Assembly: GCA_030430425.1 (NCBI GenBank) | Contig: JAUIFS010000002.1 | Coordinates: 1 to 55,755 of the forward strand | DNA length: 55,755 nucleotides | Reading direction: 5' to 3' | From: a bacterium | GTDB taxonomy: Bacteria; Patescibacteriota; Minisyncoccia; Phycocordibacterales; UBA918 | Part shown: piece by piece, positions 26,818 through 35,874 of the stretch | Position numbering within the stretch: position 1 is the first letter of the stretch | Layout of the letters: each line of letters begins with the position of its first letter | Notes under the pieces: generated by a model | What the model was told of the DNA's origin: nothing | Seen by the model: only the letters and a program-made list of their open reading frames with translations | The model's database searches: none | Program-made: the position numbers and the translations under genes

Positions 26818-27852
26818 ATGTCTCAACATGTAGCACTCTACCGAAAACACCGTCCTACCTCCTTTGCGGAGGTGCGCGACCAGGATCATATCGTATCGGT
26901 TCTTGAAGGTGCCATTGCCAAAAACACTATCCCGCACGCACTACTTTTTTCAGGTACGCGGGGAACAGGGAAAACGACACTCGCGCGCATTTTTGCACAT
27001 GAGATTGGTGTGTCAGACGTTGATCTCTATGAAATCGATGCAGCGAGCAATCGTGGTATTGATGACATCCGTGAACTTCGTGAAGCAGTACATACACTCC
27101 CGTATGAGTCAGAGAAAAAGGTGTATATCATTGACGAGGTACATATGCTTACCAAAGAGGCGTTTAATGCGCTCTTAAAGACACTTGAAGAACCTCCAGC
27201 ACACGTTATCTTTATCTTAGCAACTACAGAAGAAGAAAAACTTCTAGACACTATTCTCTCACGGTGTCAGGTATTTCGTATGCATAGCCCCTCACGCCGC
27301 GTGCTTGCGCAGACGGTGACTGACATCGCTAAGAAAGAAGGGTTTGAACTGCAGAAAGATGCTGCTGACCTTATTGCGATTGCTGCAGATGGTTCATTTC
27401 GTGATGCGCTGGGGGTCACACAGAAAGTGATCATGGCTTCAGGAGACAAGATAGGAGATGGGGACGAAGTTGCTGCAATTATTGGTGCACCAAAGAGTGC
27501 GATCATTGCAGACCTGCTTGATGGGCTGCACGATAAAGATGCACAAAAGGCATTGCGTGCGGTAGGACAGGTGGTTGCCGACCATGGAGACATGAAGCTG
27601 TTTGTACGGTTGTTGCTCGAGCGAGTGCGTGCAGTGATGCTTGTACGCAACATGCCTGCAAAACAAGAAGAACTCCTTGCTGCCTTTTCAGAAAAGGACC
27701 GGGAGCAACTTGCTGGCTTTGCAACAGGAGAAGTCTCACCACTAAACTCACACACACTTATGAAATTGCTTGCAGCAGCAGAAGGTATGGGAAAGACACA
27801 GCTTGCACACTTGCCACTTGAGGTGGCTATTGTAGATATTTGCAACGCGTAG
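26818..27852 (+). CDS. dnaX: DNA polymerase III subunit gamma/tau, short form
   Basis: LYRKHRP..F, GTRGTGKTT, EIDAASNRG, IIDEVHML..AFNALLKTLEEPP, SRC. Confidence 0.93.
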   Translation: MSQHVALYRKHRPTSFAEVRDQDHIVSVLEGAIAKNTIPHALLFSGTRGTGKTTLARIFAHEIGVSDVDLYEIDAASNRGIDDIRELREAVHTLPYESEKKVYIIDEVHMLTKEAFNALLKTLEEPPAHVIFILATTEEEKLLDTILSRCQVFRMHSPSRRVLAQTVTDIAKKEGFELQKDAADLIAIAADGSFRDALGVTQKVIMASGDKIGDGDEVAAIIGAPKSAIIADLLDGLHDKDAQKALRAVGQVVADHGDMKLFVRLLLERVRAVMLVRNMPAKQEELLAAFSEKDREQLAGFATGEVSPLNSHTLMKLLAAAEGMGKTQLAHLPLEVAIVDICNA

Positions 27853-27864
27853 CAGCGAAAACAT

Positions 27865-28515
27865 ATGATAGATATATATTTTGTACGTCACGGACAGACA
27901 GACGGTAACCTCGCAAAACGACATCAGGCAGAAGTGACAAAACTCACTCCTGAAGGGCGAGAGCAGATCGTGCAGACTGCAGCATGGGCAAAAACTATAA
28001 AGCCGACACATCTCATTGCAAGTCGGCATGTGCGTGCCCTGCAAACAGCAAAGATCATTGGTGAGACAGTAGACCTACTTCCACAAACTGAAGATTTATT
28101 TATTGAATTAAAGCGTCCTGATCGTGTGTATGGGCATCGGCACCGCAGCGCACGGTCAGTTACGTATCTTATGCGTTGGTACTTAGGACTTGCAGGAGGC
28201 TTGGGTGAAAATGGAGAGGGTGAGTCATATGAGGCATTTCGTGCACGTTTAGATGCTGCACAGAAATTTTTAAAACAACTCCCTGATGGTTCACGTGTGA
28301 TTGTTGTCTCTCACGCGGTATTTATTGGCTTTATGGCTGCACACTTGTGTGACAAAGCCCCAGTGGCAATACCCGATGCATTCCGTTTATTTAGAAAAAT
28401 GCTCAAGTTGTGCAATGGAAGTTATTCCCATGTGCAGTATGACCCTGCTGCCTCAGAAGGTGCGTGTGCATGGGAACTCGTGTCATACAACAATTGTGAG
28501 CATCTGGAGGGTTGA
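27865..28515 (+). CDS. Histidine phosphatase family protein
   Basis: YFVRHGQT, RALQTA, GES, VVSHA. Confidence 0.88.
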   Translation: MIDIYFVRHGQTDGNLAKRHQAEVTKLTPEGREQIVQTAAWAKTIKPTHLIASRHVRALQTAKIIGETVDLLPQTEDLFIELKRPDRVYGHRHRSARSVTYLMRWYLGLAGGLGENGEGESYEAFRARLDAAQKFLKQLPDGSRVIVVSHAVFIGFMAAHLCDKAPVAIPDAFRLFRKMLKLCNGSYSHVQYDPAASEGACAWELVSYNNCEHLEG

Positions 28516-28566
28516 TTCTCGTATTGATTGTGGCAATATATGTGCTACTTCATACGAAGTAATCCT

Positions 28567-28637
28567 TGCCGGATCGTCTAATGGTAGGACTGCGGTTTCT
28601 GGTACCGTCTATCTAGGTTCGAGTCCTAGTCCGGCAG
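28567..28637 (+). tRNA. tRNA-Gln(CTG)
   Basis: Acceptor TGCCGGA/TCCGGCA, anticodon loop ttCTGgt, GGTTCGAGTCC. Confidence 0.93.
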
Positions 28638-28997
28638 CACTTAGCATAAAACACCCTTTATGGGTGTTTTTGCTTTAGTGCTGTCGGACAGAAACAGTCT
28701 GGGAGACTGTTTCGTTAGGACTCGAAGACCTTGCCTGATATTTCGCAAGAAATATCGACAAGGTGTACTGCCGCTGTAAGCGGAGAGATTCCTAGTCCGG
28801 CAGCTTTGAACACAAAACAAGAAAATAGGGGTTTCTAAAGGACTGCTTTGAAAGCTCTCCCAGAGCTTTCAAACTAGTACCGTCTATCTAGGCTGAAACA
28901 ATCCATAGATTGTTTCAGAAGGTTGCCTGCGATTTTGACGGAGGGAAAATCGTGACAGCCTGTACTGAACATGTAATGTTCGAGTCCTAGTCCGCAG
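28638..28997 (+). repeat. tRNA-Gln-derived inverted and direct partial copies interrupted by hairpins
   Basis: Antisense 3' half at 28678-28689 and 28716-28726; direct copy at 28790-28804; split copy at 28839-28846, 28877-28892 and 28978-28994. Confidence 0.8.
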
Positions 28998-29051
28998 TCC
29001 GAGGAGGTCATCTGATCTGGGTTATACTAATGGTTTTGATATAATGTCTAA

Positions 29052-30050
29052 ATGATTACTCTTCCTCCAGAAATTGCAGAAAAATTACCTACAGCAATGA
29101 AAATGCCTGAGGGAACACTACAGTTTTCTGTGGCGTTTGAGATTGATTTTTTTGATACACATTTGCCCGGTGGACTTGTCTTTGAACAGGTAGCCGGACT
29201 TCATTATTTTCGCTTGGAACGGACAGATGATTCCAGAATCAAATTCTATCGAGCTGCACCTTCGGTCGGTACACAAATGTCTGTGGCTGATATTTCATCT
29301 GTATCTTCTGCGATGAAGGTAATGATTTTTCTCGTATGGTCGCCTGTAGAAGCTAAGATACATATTGGTCCAGCAGGAGTTAAGGGAGCTAAGCTTGTTA
29401 CAGGGGAGAGTATAATTTCAGACAAAAATTTTATGATAGATAGAAATGGAAGTGTTTATGAGGTGGGCTCTCCTGGGGTTAGTATTAAGGGTATAAGAGT
29501 TATAGAGGGAGAGAAAGTGACCTTGACACCTTCTGCTTATGATTACTGGCAAGAAACAAAAGGTGCAATATCATCACTGCTTTTGAATCACGGTGATGAA
29601 GATTATGCATCAAAGACAATAAAATCTAATGCAGCATTTATATTTCTCGTTACCGGTTTTGAATCTTACTGCAAAACAAGAGTGTACGAGTTGGAGCGGG
29701 AAGGTGTTGTGCTATTGTGGAGTGAACTTGAAAACAAAGCAGGTATCACAAGAGATCAATTACTTGGAGATACTACTAGCTATTTCCAATCAACAGAGAA
29801 TTCAAAAAAAATTTGGAAAACTTTAACTGGTATTTCAATTGCTGAGCTTGATCCTGCAGGATGGGAGGTTATGTTGCCAGCTTTTAAGTTTCGTCATAAG
29901 ATTGCGCATGTATCACCTATTTTGAGCATTATGAATGAAGGTGCTTCAGGTGGAAAACTCTTATTTAGTTCTAATGAGATAGTGAATGCGGTGGATGCGT
30001 GTGATTCTGTTGTCGAAAAAGTGCACACACAAACTTTGAAATTACGCTAG
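29052..30050 (+). CDS. Hypothetical protein with a beta-rich N-terminus and HEPN-like C-terminus
   Basis: FIFLVTGFESY helix and RHKIAH (Rx4H); AT-richer than neighbours; directly after the tRNA-Gln repeats. Confidence 0.6.
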   Translation: MITLPPEIAEKLPTAMKMPEGTLQFSVAFEIDFFDTHLPGGLVFEQVAGLHYFRLERTDDSRIKFYRAAPSVGTQMSVADISSVSSAMKVMIFLVWSPVEAKIHIGPAGVKGAKLVTGESIISDKNFMIDRNGSVYEVGSPGVSIKGIRVIEGEKVTLTPSAYDYWQETKGAISSLLLNHGDEDYASKTIKSNAAFIFLVTGFESYCKTRVYELEREGVVLLWSELENKAGITRDQLLGDTTSYFQSTENSKKIWKTLTGISIAELDPAGWEVMLPAFKFRHKIAHVSPILSIMNEGASGGKLLFSSNEIVNAVDACDSVVEKVHTQTLKLR

Positions 30051-30121
30051 ACTAAACGAAATACTTACCCCGTAATGTGTTTTTTCATGCACACTCTCAT
30101 ACGAACATGTACAATACAGCT

Positions 30122-30697
30122 ATGCTTATTTTATATATTCCAACCATAAACTTTATCCTCGCACTTGGGGCAGTCGCACTTTTTCTTGTAACCATTGCGC
30201 TGTGCATCGATGCATTTTTCTGCAGAGGTGTCTATTTTGAAACATACATACGAAAGTATGCATTTCCTGTGATAACTGCGGTGACGGCGGGATCAGTTGT
30301 GATGACACTGGTGTATTCAGAATATTTTGGTTTTGTACCGTGCTCACTGTGTTGGTTGCAACGTATCGCACTCTACCCGCAGGTGCTTATGACGCTCATT
30401 GCATGGCGTGTAGAAGACCGTATGTATTATCCATTGTATGGCATGGGTATTGCACTATTTGGCTTTGTGGTTGCTGCATATCATTATGTATACCAGCATC
30501 TTCCAAAAGAGGTTCGTGAGTCAGTAGCCCCGTGCCTGCTTGATGGAAGTAATGCTGATTGTGCAGACAAAATCATGAGCGTGTTTGGTTTTATTACATT
30601 TCCACTTCTTTCCGCGGTAACGTTTTTATTCCTTGCGGTCGTGTATTTCTCTCTGTTCCGTGCTGAGAAAAATAAAGCGTATTCTACACAGCAGTAG
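30122..30697 (+). CDS. Disulfide bond formation protein, DsbB/BdbC family
   Basis: PCSLCWLQRI, second Cys pair, multiple TMs. Confidence 0.88.
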   Translation: MLILYIPTINFILALGAVALFLVTIALCIDAFFCRGVYFETYIRKYAFPVITAVTAGSVVMTLVYSEYFGFVPCSLCWLQRIALYPQVLMTLIAWRVEDRMYYPLYGMGIALFGFVVAAYHYVYQHLPKEVRESVAPCLLDGSNADCADKIMSVFGFITFPLLSAVTFLFLAVVYFSLFRAEKNKAYSTQQ

Positions 30698-30733
30698 GCA
30701 TGTTCACTACAAGATACAGGTATACTTATAGTA

Positions 30734-31123
30734 ATGAGTTTACCGCAGTTCTTCGTATCGTACTTTGTGTGGCACTACACAAAAGCATACGTACAACTTT
30801 TTAGCGTGTGGAGAAATTACTTCCATTTTATACTACAGTTTTTTTCTGTGGGTCTACTCTTGAGAACCTTGTTTGCACCATGGAAACGTATTGTTGATGT
30901 GTATCAGGGCGGATTTCATATAGAAGAATATTTTGCGACAATACTGGTGAATCTCTTTTCGCGCGTTGTTGGGTTTAGTATACGTGTGCCACTTATCTTG
31001 ATCGGTCTTGTGTTGAGTGGGTGTATGCTTATGGGGCTTGGCGTGTTGTACATATACTGGACATTGTTTCCGCTGATTATTTGTGGACTTATTGTTACCG
31101 GCTTTAGTTTTTTGTATGTATAA
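30734..31123 (+). CDS. Membrane protein coupled to the downstream Clp ATPase
   Basis: WHY...FFS..LLLRTLFAPWKR; stop overlaps the next start (atgtataa). Confidence 0.75.
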   Translation: MSLPQFFVSYFVWHYTKAYVQLFSVWRNYFHFILQFFSVGLLLRTLFAPWKRIVDVYQGGFHIEEYFATILVNLFSRVVGFSIRVPLILIGLVLSGCMLMGLGVLYIYWTLFPLIICGLIVTGFSFLYV

Positions 31124-33554
31124 ACGAACGGTACACTCTGAGCTGCGACGGTATCGCCCAGCATTGTTCGTGCGGTTACTTGCTCATGGTTTTTTATATA
31201 ACACGATTCGTGGCGTGTGTATTCTTATACTCCTTCTTTGTATTGGACTCTTTTTGTACCAGTGGGTAGGTTTGATCGCTGTAGATGTTGGTTTGGACAT
31301 TCCGGTACTGTTAGCTTCACACAACATAATTATCGCAGTGAGTATGCTCACGCTTGCAGTGTTGTTGGTGATACGTTCAATTAGTTTTTATTTCAATACT
31401 TTTTATTTTTGGGGAGTACACGAAGGACAGACGGGGTTTACCTATACCGTTGCATACGTTGCCACTCGTTTTGGTACTGACCTCACGAAAGGATTTTTTC
31501 GCTCACCGCTTGGGGTGCTTTTGTCTGTACGGCTTGGGTTGTCCAAAGATGTGTTGGAGAACTTTTTTACGTCGGAGCGTCAGAAGCTTGCTGTTGCATC
31601 GATTGTACTTTCAGATAGTTTGTACACAACGCAAGACCTTATGCTACATGTATATCAATCGGATGAAGCGTTCCGAACTTTTCTCACAAAACAAGGTGTG
31701 TCAGATGAGGTTTTTGATGCTGCAGCACAATGGGCATATGCGCAGTTTATTGCAGCGCGGCACGCAGAACGGTGGTGGGGTTCTCAGACTTTAAGTACTA
31801 CGCGCGGACTAGGGAGTGAATTTGCGTTTGGTGTGCCGTATACACTACAGCGGTATACCAAACCGCTTGGCGTACGTGCAATTTTTTCACATATTGGTAC
31901 TGATGCTACGTATGGAATTGAGCATATCGAGGTAATTGAAGATGTACTCGCACGCACTTCAGAAGCAAATGTGCTTCTGGTGGGTGAGCCTGGGGTAGGA
32001 AAGATGGACATACTTATAGAACTCGCACGGCGTATGGAGCAGGGGTTGTCGGTAGGTTCTCTTTTGGGGAAACACGTTGTGTTGCTTGATACAGAACTCC
32101 TCCTCTCTCATCAGGAAAGTAAAATGGCACTTGAGCAGATACTCATGAAACTCATGGCTGAAGCAGCACATGCAGGAAATATTATTTTAGTTATTGACAA
32201 CATTCAGTCATTTGTTGAAAGTGCGCGGGCTTTGCAGGTTGATGTGCCGTCTCTACTTGACCCGTATCTGACCGCTGCTGAACTACATGTAGTTGCGACA
32301 ACATCAGCTGCTGCGTACCACAATGCCATTGAAGGCAGTACCGGTTTCTTGCGGCGATTTCAGTTGGTGCAGGTAGCGGAGCCGAACGAACAGTCAACGA
32401 TACACTTGCTTCAGAAGCTTGTGCTCCCGTACGAAGTACACAAAAAAGTTTGGTTTACGTATAGAGCGATTGAAGAAATTGCAGTTGCTGCCGATCGGTA
32501 TGTGGTTAATGGAGTTATGCCTGACAAGGCAGTGCAGCTTCTTGATGAAGTGGTAGTGTATGCGCAAAGCAATGGAATCAAACTTGTTACTGCTGAAGAC
32601 GTTGATGTCGTAACTTCACGAAAAACTGGTGTGCCCGTTGGTCCGGTGACAGTTCAAGAGCGAGAGACATTGCTCAATCTTGAAGAAGTGATGCACGAGC
32701 GTATCGTGGGGCAAGAACGAGCAATTGATGCTGTTGCAGGAGTGATTCGCCGTTCTCGTGCGGGTATTCAAGACGAACAAAAACCGATTGGAACATTTTT
32801 ATTCCTAGGTCCAACAGGGGTTGGGAAGACTGAGTGTGCAAAAGCCCTTGCAGCAGTTTTCTTTAAAGGAGAAGACAATATGCACCGTATTGATATGTCT
32901 GAGTTCAGTGGTTCTGACGGAGTTAGTCGGCTGATCGGATCTGCAGGTTCTTCGGGAATTCTCTCGAACATGCTCAGCGAATACCCCTATAGTGTCATCT
33001 TGCTTGATGAGTTTGAGAAGGCTTCAACAGCGGTGCATGACCTGTTCCTGCAAATTCTTGACGAGGGGGTGTTTACTGATGGAAACAATCGTAAGGTGAA
33101 TGCGCGCAATAGTATTATTATCGCTACTTCAAACGCGGGAAGTGCTCAGATTCTTTCGTGGGTAGAGGAAGGGAATGACCTTTCTACTGTGAAAGACTCA
33201 CTGATCTCACATCTGATTGACGTTGGAGCCTACAGACCTGAGTTACTTAATCGATTTGACGATGTTGTGGTTTTTGAGCCGCTTACCGCAGCACAGCAGG
33301 GGGAAGTGGCACGCGCGATGCTTGCTGATCTTGCGCAGCGTATGAAAGAGAAAGGGTATGTATTGGAAGTTACTGATGCGATGATCAGCACACTTGTGCG
33401 TATCGGGTATCAGCCCGAGTTTGGCGCACGTCCTATGCGTCGTGCCATACAAGAAGTGATTGAAGAAGCTATTGCACAAAAAATTATTTCCGGTGCGCTT
33501 GCTAAAGGAGGAACGATTTCCTTTACACAAGAAGAGTTAGATACTTTTATATAG
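31116..33554 (+). CDS. Membrane-anchored Clp-family AAA+ ATPase
   Basis: Two N-terminal TMs; D1 GEPGVGKM with Walker B VIDNIQ; D2 GPTGVGKTE and LLDEFEKA; FGARP. Confidence 0.88.
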   Translation: MYKRTVHSELRRYRPALFVRLLAHGFLYNTIRGVCILILLLCIGLFLYQWVGLIAVDVGLDIPVLLASHNIIIAVSMLTLAVLLVIRSISFYFNTFYFWGVHEGQTGFTYTVAYVATRFGTDLTKGFFRSPLGVLLSVRLGLSKDVLENFFTSERQKLAVASIVLSDSLYTTQDLMLHVYQSDEAFRTFLTKQGVSDEVFDAAAQWAYAQFIAARHAERWWGSQTLSTTRGLGSEFAFGVPYTLQRYTKPLGVRAIFSHIGTDATYGIEHIEVIEDVLARTSEANVLLVGEPGVGKMDILIELARRMEQGLSVGSLLGKHVVLLDTELLLSHQESKMALEQILMKLMAEAAHAGNIILVIDNIQSFVESARALQVDVPSLLDPYLTAAELHVVATTSAAAYHNAIEGSTGFLRRFQLVQVAEPNEQSTIHLLQKLVLPYEVHKKVWFTYRAIEEIAVAADRYVVNGVMPDKAVQLLDEVVVYAQSNGIKLVTAEDVDVVTSRKTGVPVGPVTVQERETLLNLEEVMHERIVGQERAIDAVAGVIRRSRAGIQDEQKPIGTFLFLGPTGVGKTECAKALAAVFFKGEDNMHRIDMSEFSGSDGVSRLIGSAGSSGILSNMLSEYPYSVILLDEFEKASTAVHDLFLQILDEGVFTDGNNRKVNARNSIIIATSNAGSAQILSWVEEGNDLSTVKDSLISHLIDVGAYRPELLNRFDDVVVFEPLTAAQQGEVARAMLADLAQRMKEKGYVLEVTDAMISTLVRIGYQPEFGARPMRRAIQEVIEEAIAQKIISGALAKGGTISFTQEELDTFI

Positions 33555-33593
33555 TAGTGCAGTTTTGTGGTATCTGTGTATACTGCAACACGT

Positions 33594-33830
33594 ATGAGTA
33601 CTCAGAAAAATAATCCATTGCATGGGATTACACTTAAGACGATGCTTGAAGAGCTTGTTGCAAAATATGGATGGAGTGAACTCGATGAACGTGTGCGCAT
33701 AAACTGTTTCCATACCGACCCAAGTGTAGCATCGAGTCTGAAGTTTTTGCGTAAAACACCGTGGGCGCGAGAGAAGGTGGAGAAGTTGTATATCGGGACG
33801 TTTTTTAAACGTGACGGGACAAGAAAATAA
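33594..33830 (+). CDS. VF530/DUF2132-family small protein
   Basis: NNPLHGITL...GW..L...[25 protein letters not shown]. Confidence 0.88.
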   Translation: MSTQKNNPLHGITLKTMLEELVAKYGWSELDERVRINCFHTDPSVASSLKFLRKTPWAREKVEKLYIGTFFKRDGTRK

Positions 33831-33908
33831 CGAGTCTGAGCAACGTATCCTGTGGCAAAACCATGGTGCTTTTTGCGAAGAATATGCTATCGTAGCTACA
33901 TAACACAT

Positions 33909-34676
33909 ATGAAAAATCCAAAAATTATTGTATTGATTCTTGTGCTTGTTGCTCTTGGTGCAGCAGCATGGTTTCTTTCCGGGGTAGGTTCCGCTGTACA
34001 TACATCTTCATCAAATGCCGCAGGTATTGAAGGTGATCCGCACGATATTATTACTGACTATTATCAGGCTTGGCTTGTTGCAACAAAAGCAACAAACACA
34101 ACACCCTATGATGTTGGGCTTGCAGAAGAGATGTATCTTAGTGACGCGGTACGGACACAGATTGCTGCAGCTAAAACCGAAGGAGCTGGTATAGATCCGG
34201 TGTTGTGTCAGAGTGAAGTTCCTGACCAGATTGCTGTGAAGAAGGTGTTTGCCAATGATACTGGGTATGGAGCACTTGTTATTGGTCGAGGTCCTGAGCG
34301 AGAAAAAATGCTTGGTCAAGCGAGTGTGACACTCAGTGGCAGTGATGGAAAATGGATGGTTGAAAAGATTGAATGTCTTAGTGGTGAGTCAGCTCCAGAA
34401 CGTGAGTATGCATTTGAACGAGAAGGGTATCTCCTAAAAAGTGTTCCACCTCCGCTTAACTCTGACAATTGGCACTTAGTTTTTGAACAAAACGGTGAAA
34501 AGGGTCACACGGTGCCACTGTTCTTTGATGAGGCAGCGGTATGTATAGCACTGGATGGAACTGAATCGACATGTGATGAAGGTTCATTCACTGATGCGCA
34601 GAAAGCACTTGTACAAGCAAGTATGACTGAAGCAGGGGCGCAGGTACAACGTTTGACACTGCTTCTGGAGGAATAA
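33909..34676 (+). CDS. Membrane-anchored or secreted hypothetical protein
   Basis: N-terminal TM, DPVLC.Q...W.V..I.C segment. Confidence 0.75.
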   Translation: MKNPKIIVLILVLVALGAAAWFLSGVGSAVHTSSSNAAGIEGDPHDIITDYYQAWLVATKATNTTPYDVGLAEEMYLSDAVRTQIAAAKTEGAGIDPVLCQSEVPDQIAVKKVFANDTGYGALVIGRGPEREKMLGQASVTLSGSDGKWMVEKIECLSGESAPEREYAFEREGYLLKSVPPPLNSDNWHLVFEQNGEKGHTVPLFFDEAAVCIALDGTESTCDEGSFTDAQKALVQASMTEAGAQVQRLTLLLEE

Positions 34677-34686
34677 CGGCATACCA

Positions 34687-34718
34687 AAAAAACACCCAGC
34701 GATCGCTGGGTGTTTTTT
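34687..34718 (+). terminator. Intrinsic terminator
   Basis: aaaaaacacccagc-gatc-gctgggtgtttttt. Confidence 0.75.
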
Positions 34719-34735
34719 GATATACTCTAACTATT

Positions 34736-35329
34736 ATGTATGGTGTAGATATTGCGCAAAGGCGGGCTGATGACTTGGATGCAAAAATGCTTGCATATAT
34801 TGCTGCACAAAGTGGAGTTTCAGTGCTTGACCTCGGTTCTGGCGCAGGAGGACAGTCTGTGCGTATGGCAGATGCAGGCGCACAGGTTTTCGCAGTTGAT
34901 ATTCTGGATCATGCTTCAAAAAACGCCCATCCCCACGTTACCTATATACAAGGAGATATGCGAGCTGTTGAAGCGCTTACAAAAGGGAAAGCATACGACA
35001 TGTGTTGTTTACAGCGCGCTATACACTATATACCGTATGCAGATGCTTGTGCACTTTTGCAAACATTAAAAAAGATAGTGTACGGACCTTTGTATATATC
35101 ATTTTCGGGACTCGAGAGCGATATTGGTGCTCAGTATCCAGATGCAGGAAAGGAACTTGCTGATCGTTTCTGTGCGCTGCCACGTGCTGCTGCAGATACG
35201 TTTTCTATCACGCAACCAATTTGTTTATACACACCTGAAGAATGTGCGGATTTGCTATGCGCAACAGGATGGCATATTGAAGAGCTCTGGGTGTCTGCCT
35301 TTGGCAACAGTAAGGCTCTGTGTACGTGA
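34736..35329 (+). CDS. Class I SAM-dependent methyltransferase
   Basis: VLDLGSGAG, FAVD, GDM. Confidence 0.85.
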   Translation: MYGVDIAQRRADDLDAKMLAYIAAQSGVSVLDLGSGAGGQSVRMADAGAQVFAVDILDHASKNAHPHVTYIQGDMRAVEALTKGKAYDMCCLQRAIHYIPYADACALLQTLKKIVYGPLYISFSGLESDIGAQYPDAGKELADRFCALPRAAADTFSITQPICLYTPEECADLLCATGWHIEELWVSAFGNSKALCT

Positions 35330-35377
35330 GTATTGTAGTCACTACAGATGTACCACAGAAATACCCGTAGCTGCTTA

Positions 35378-35707
35378 TTAATAGGGGATTTGGCACTCTT
35401 CAAAACAATGCGCGGCACGATTGAGTTTGTATATGCGTTCACGCCCCTGTTCCGTTACGGTCACCGCATCAACCGACTTAAGCGTATTGAGGTGGTGGGT
35501 GACGGTTGGTTGTTTTAGTCCAAGTTTTTGGGTGAGTGCAGTCACTGTTGCGCCGTCTTTTTGTGTTCCTAAAAAACAAACAAGTTGGTATCTGCTTTTT
35601 ACACCAACAACTTTAAAACAATCAGGACAGAGCTCTTCTTCGGTTGTAACTGAATCTTTAACCCAAGATGGGCGCGGGTACGTTTCTTTCTCTTGACTTT
35701 GTGACAT
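35378..35707 (-). CDS. ArsR/SmtB-family regulator
   Basis: SRYQLV...TV..L...LGLKQPTVTHHL..L......GR.R.Y; CPDC and HCFEEC. Confidence 0.85.
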   Translation of the reverse strand: MSQSQEKETYPRPSWVKDSVTTEEELCPDCFKVVGVKSRYQLVCFLGTQKDGATVTALTQKLGLKQPTVTHHLNTLKSVDAVTVTEQGRERIYKLNRAAHCFEECQIPY

Positions 35708-35733
35708 AAAAATTCCACAGTGCACTATCCACA

Positions 35734-35792
35734 ACACATAGATGATCATCTATGTGTATACTGGGTATCTATAGACAACTGTCTATAGATAC
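35734..35792. promoter_or_regulatory. Two related palindromic operators between arsR-like and nrdB
   Basis: acacATAGATgatcATCTATgtgt (35734-35757) and gtatctATAGACaactGTCTATagatac (35765-35792). Confidence 0.65.
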
Positions 35793-35874
35793 TACCATAT
35801 CTCCACTGTGGTTTTCCAACATATTGCAACTGCGTATGTTGGCTTTATTGACTAACATTACAACACAACAAAGT

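Noticed and set aside
28839..28997. Group I intron-containing functional tRNA
   Set aside because: Inserts are far too short for a group I core, and the 5' acceptor strand and anticodon are degenerate
35790..35840. NrdR boxes upstream of nrdB
   Set aside because: Only poor partial matches to the consensus
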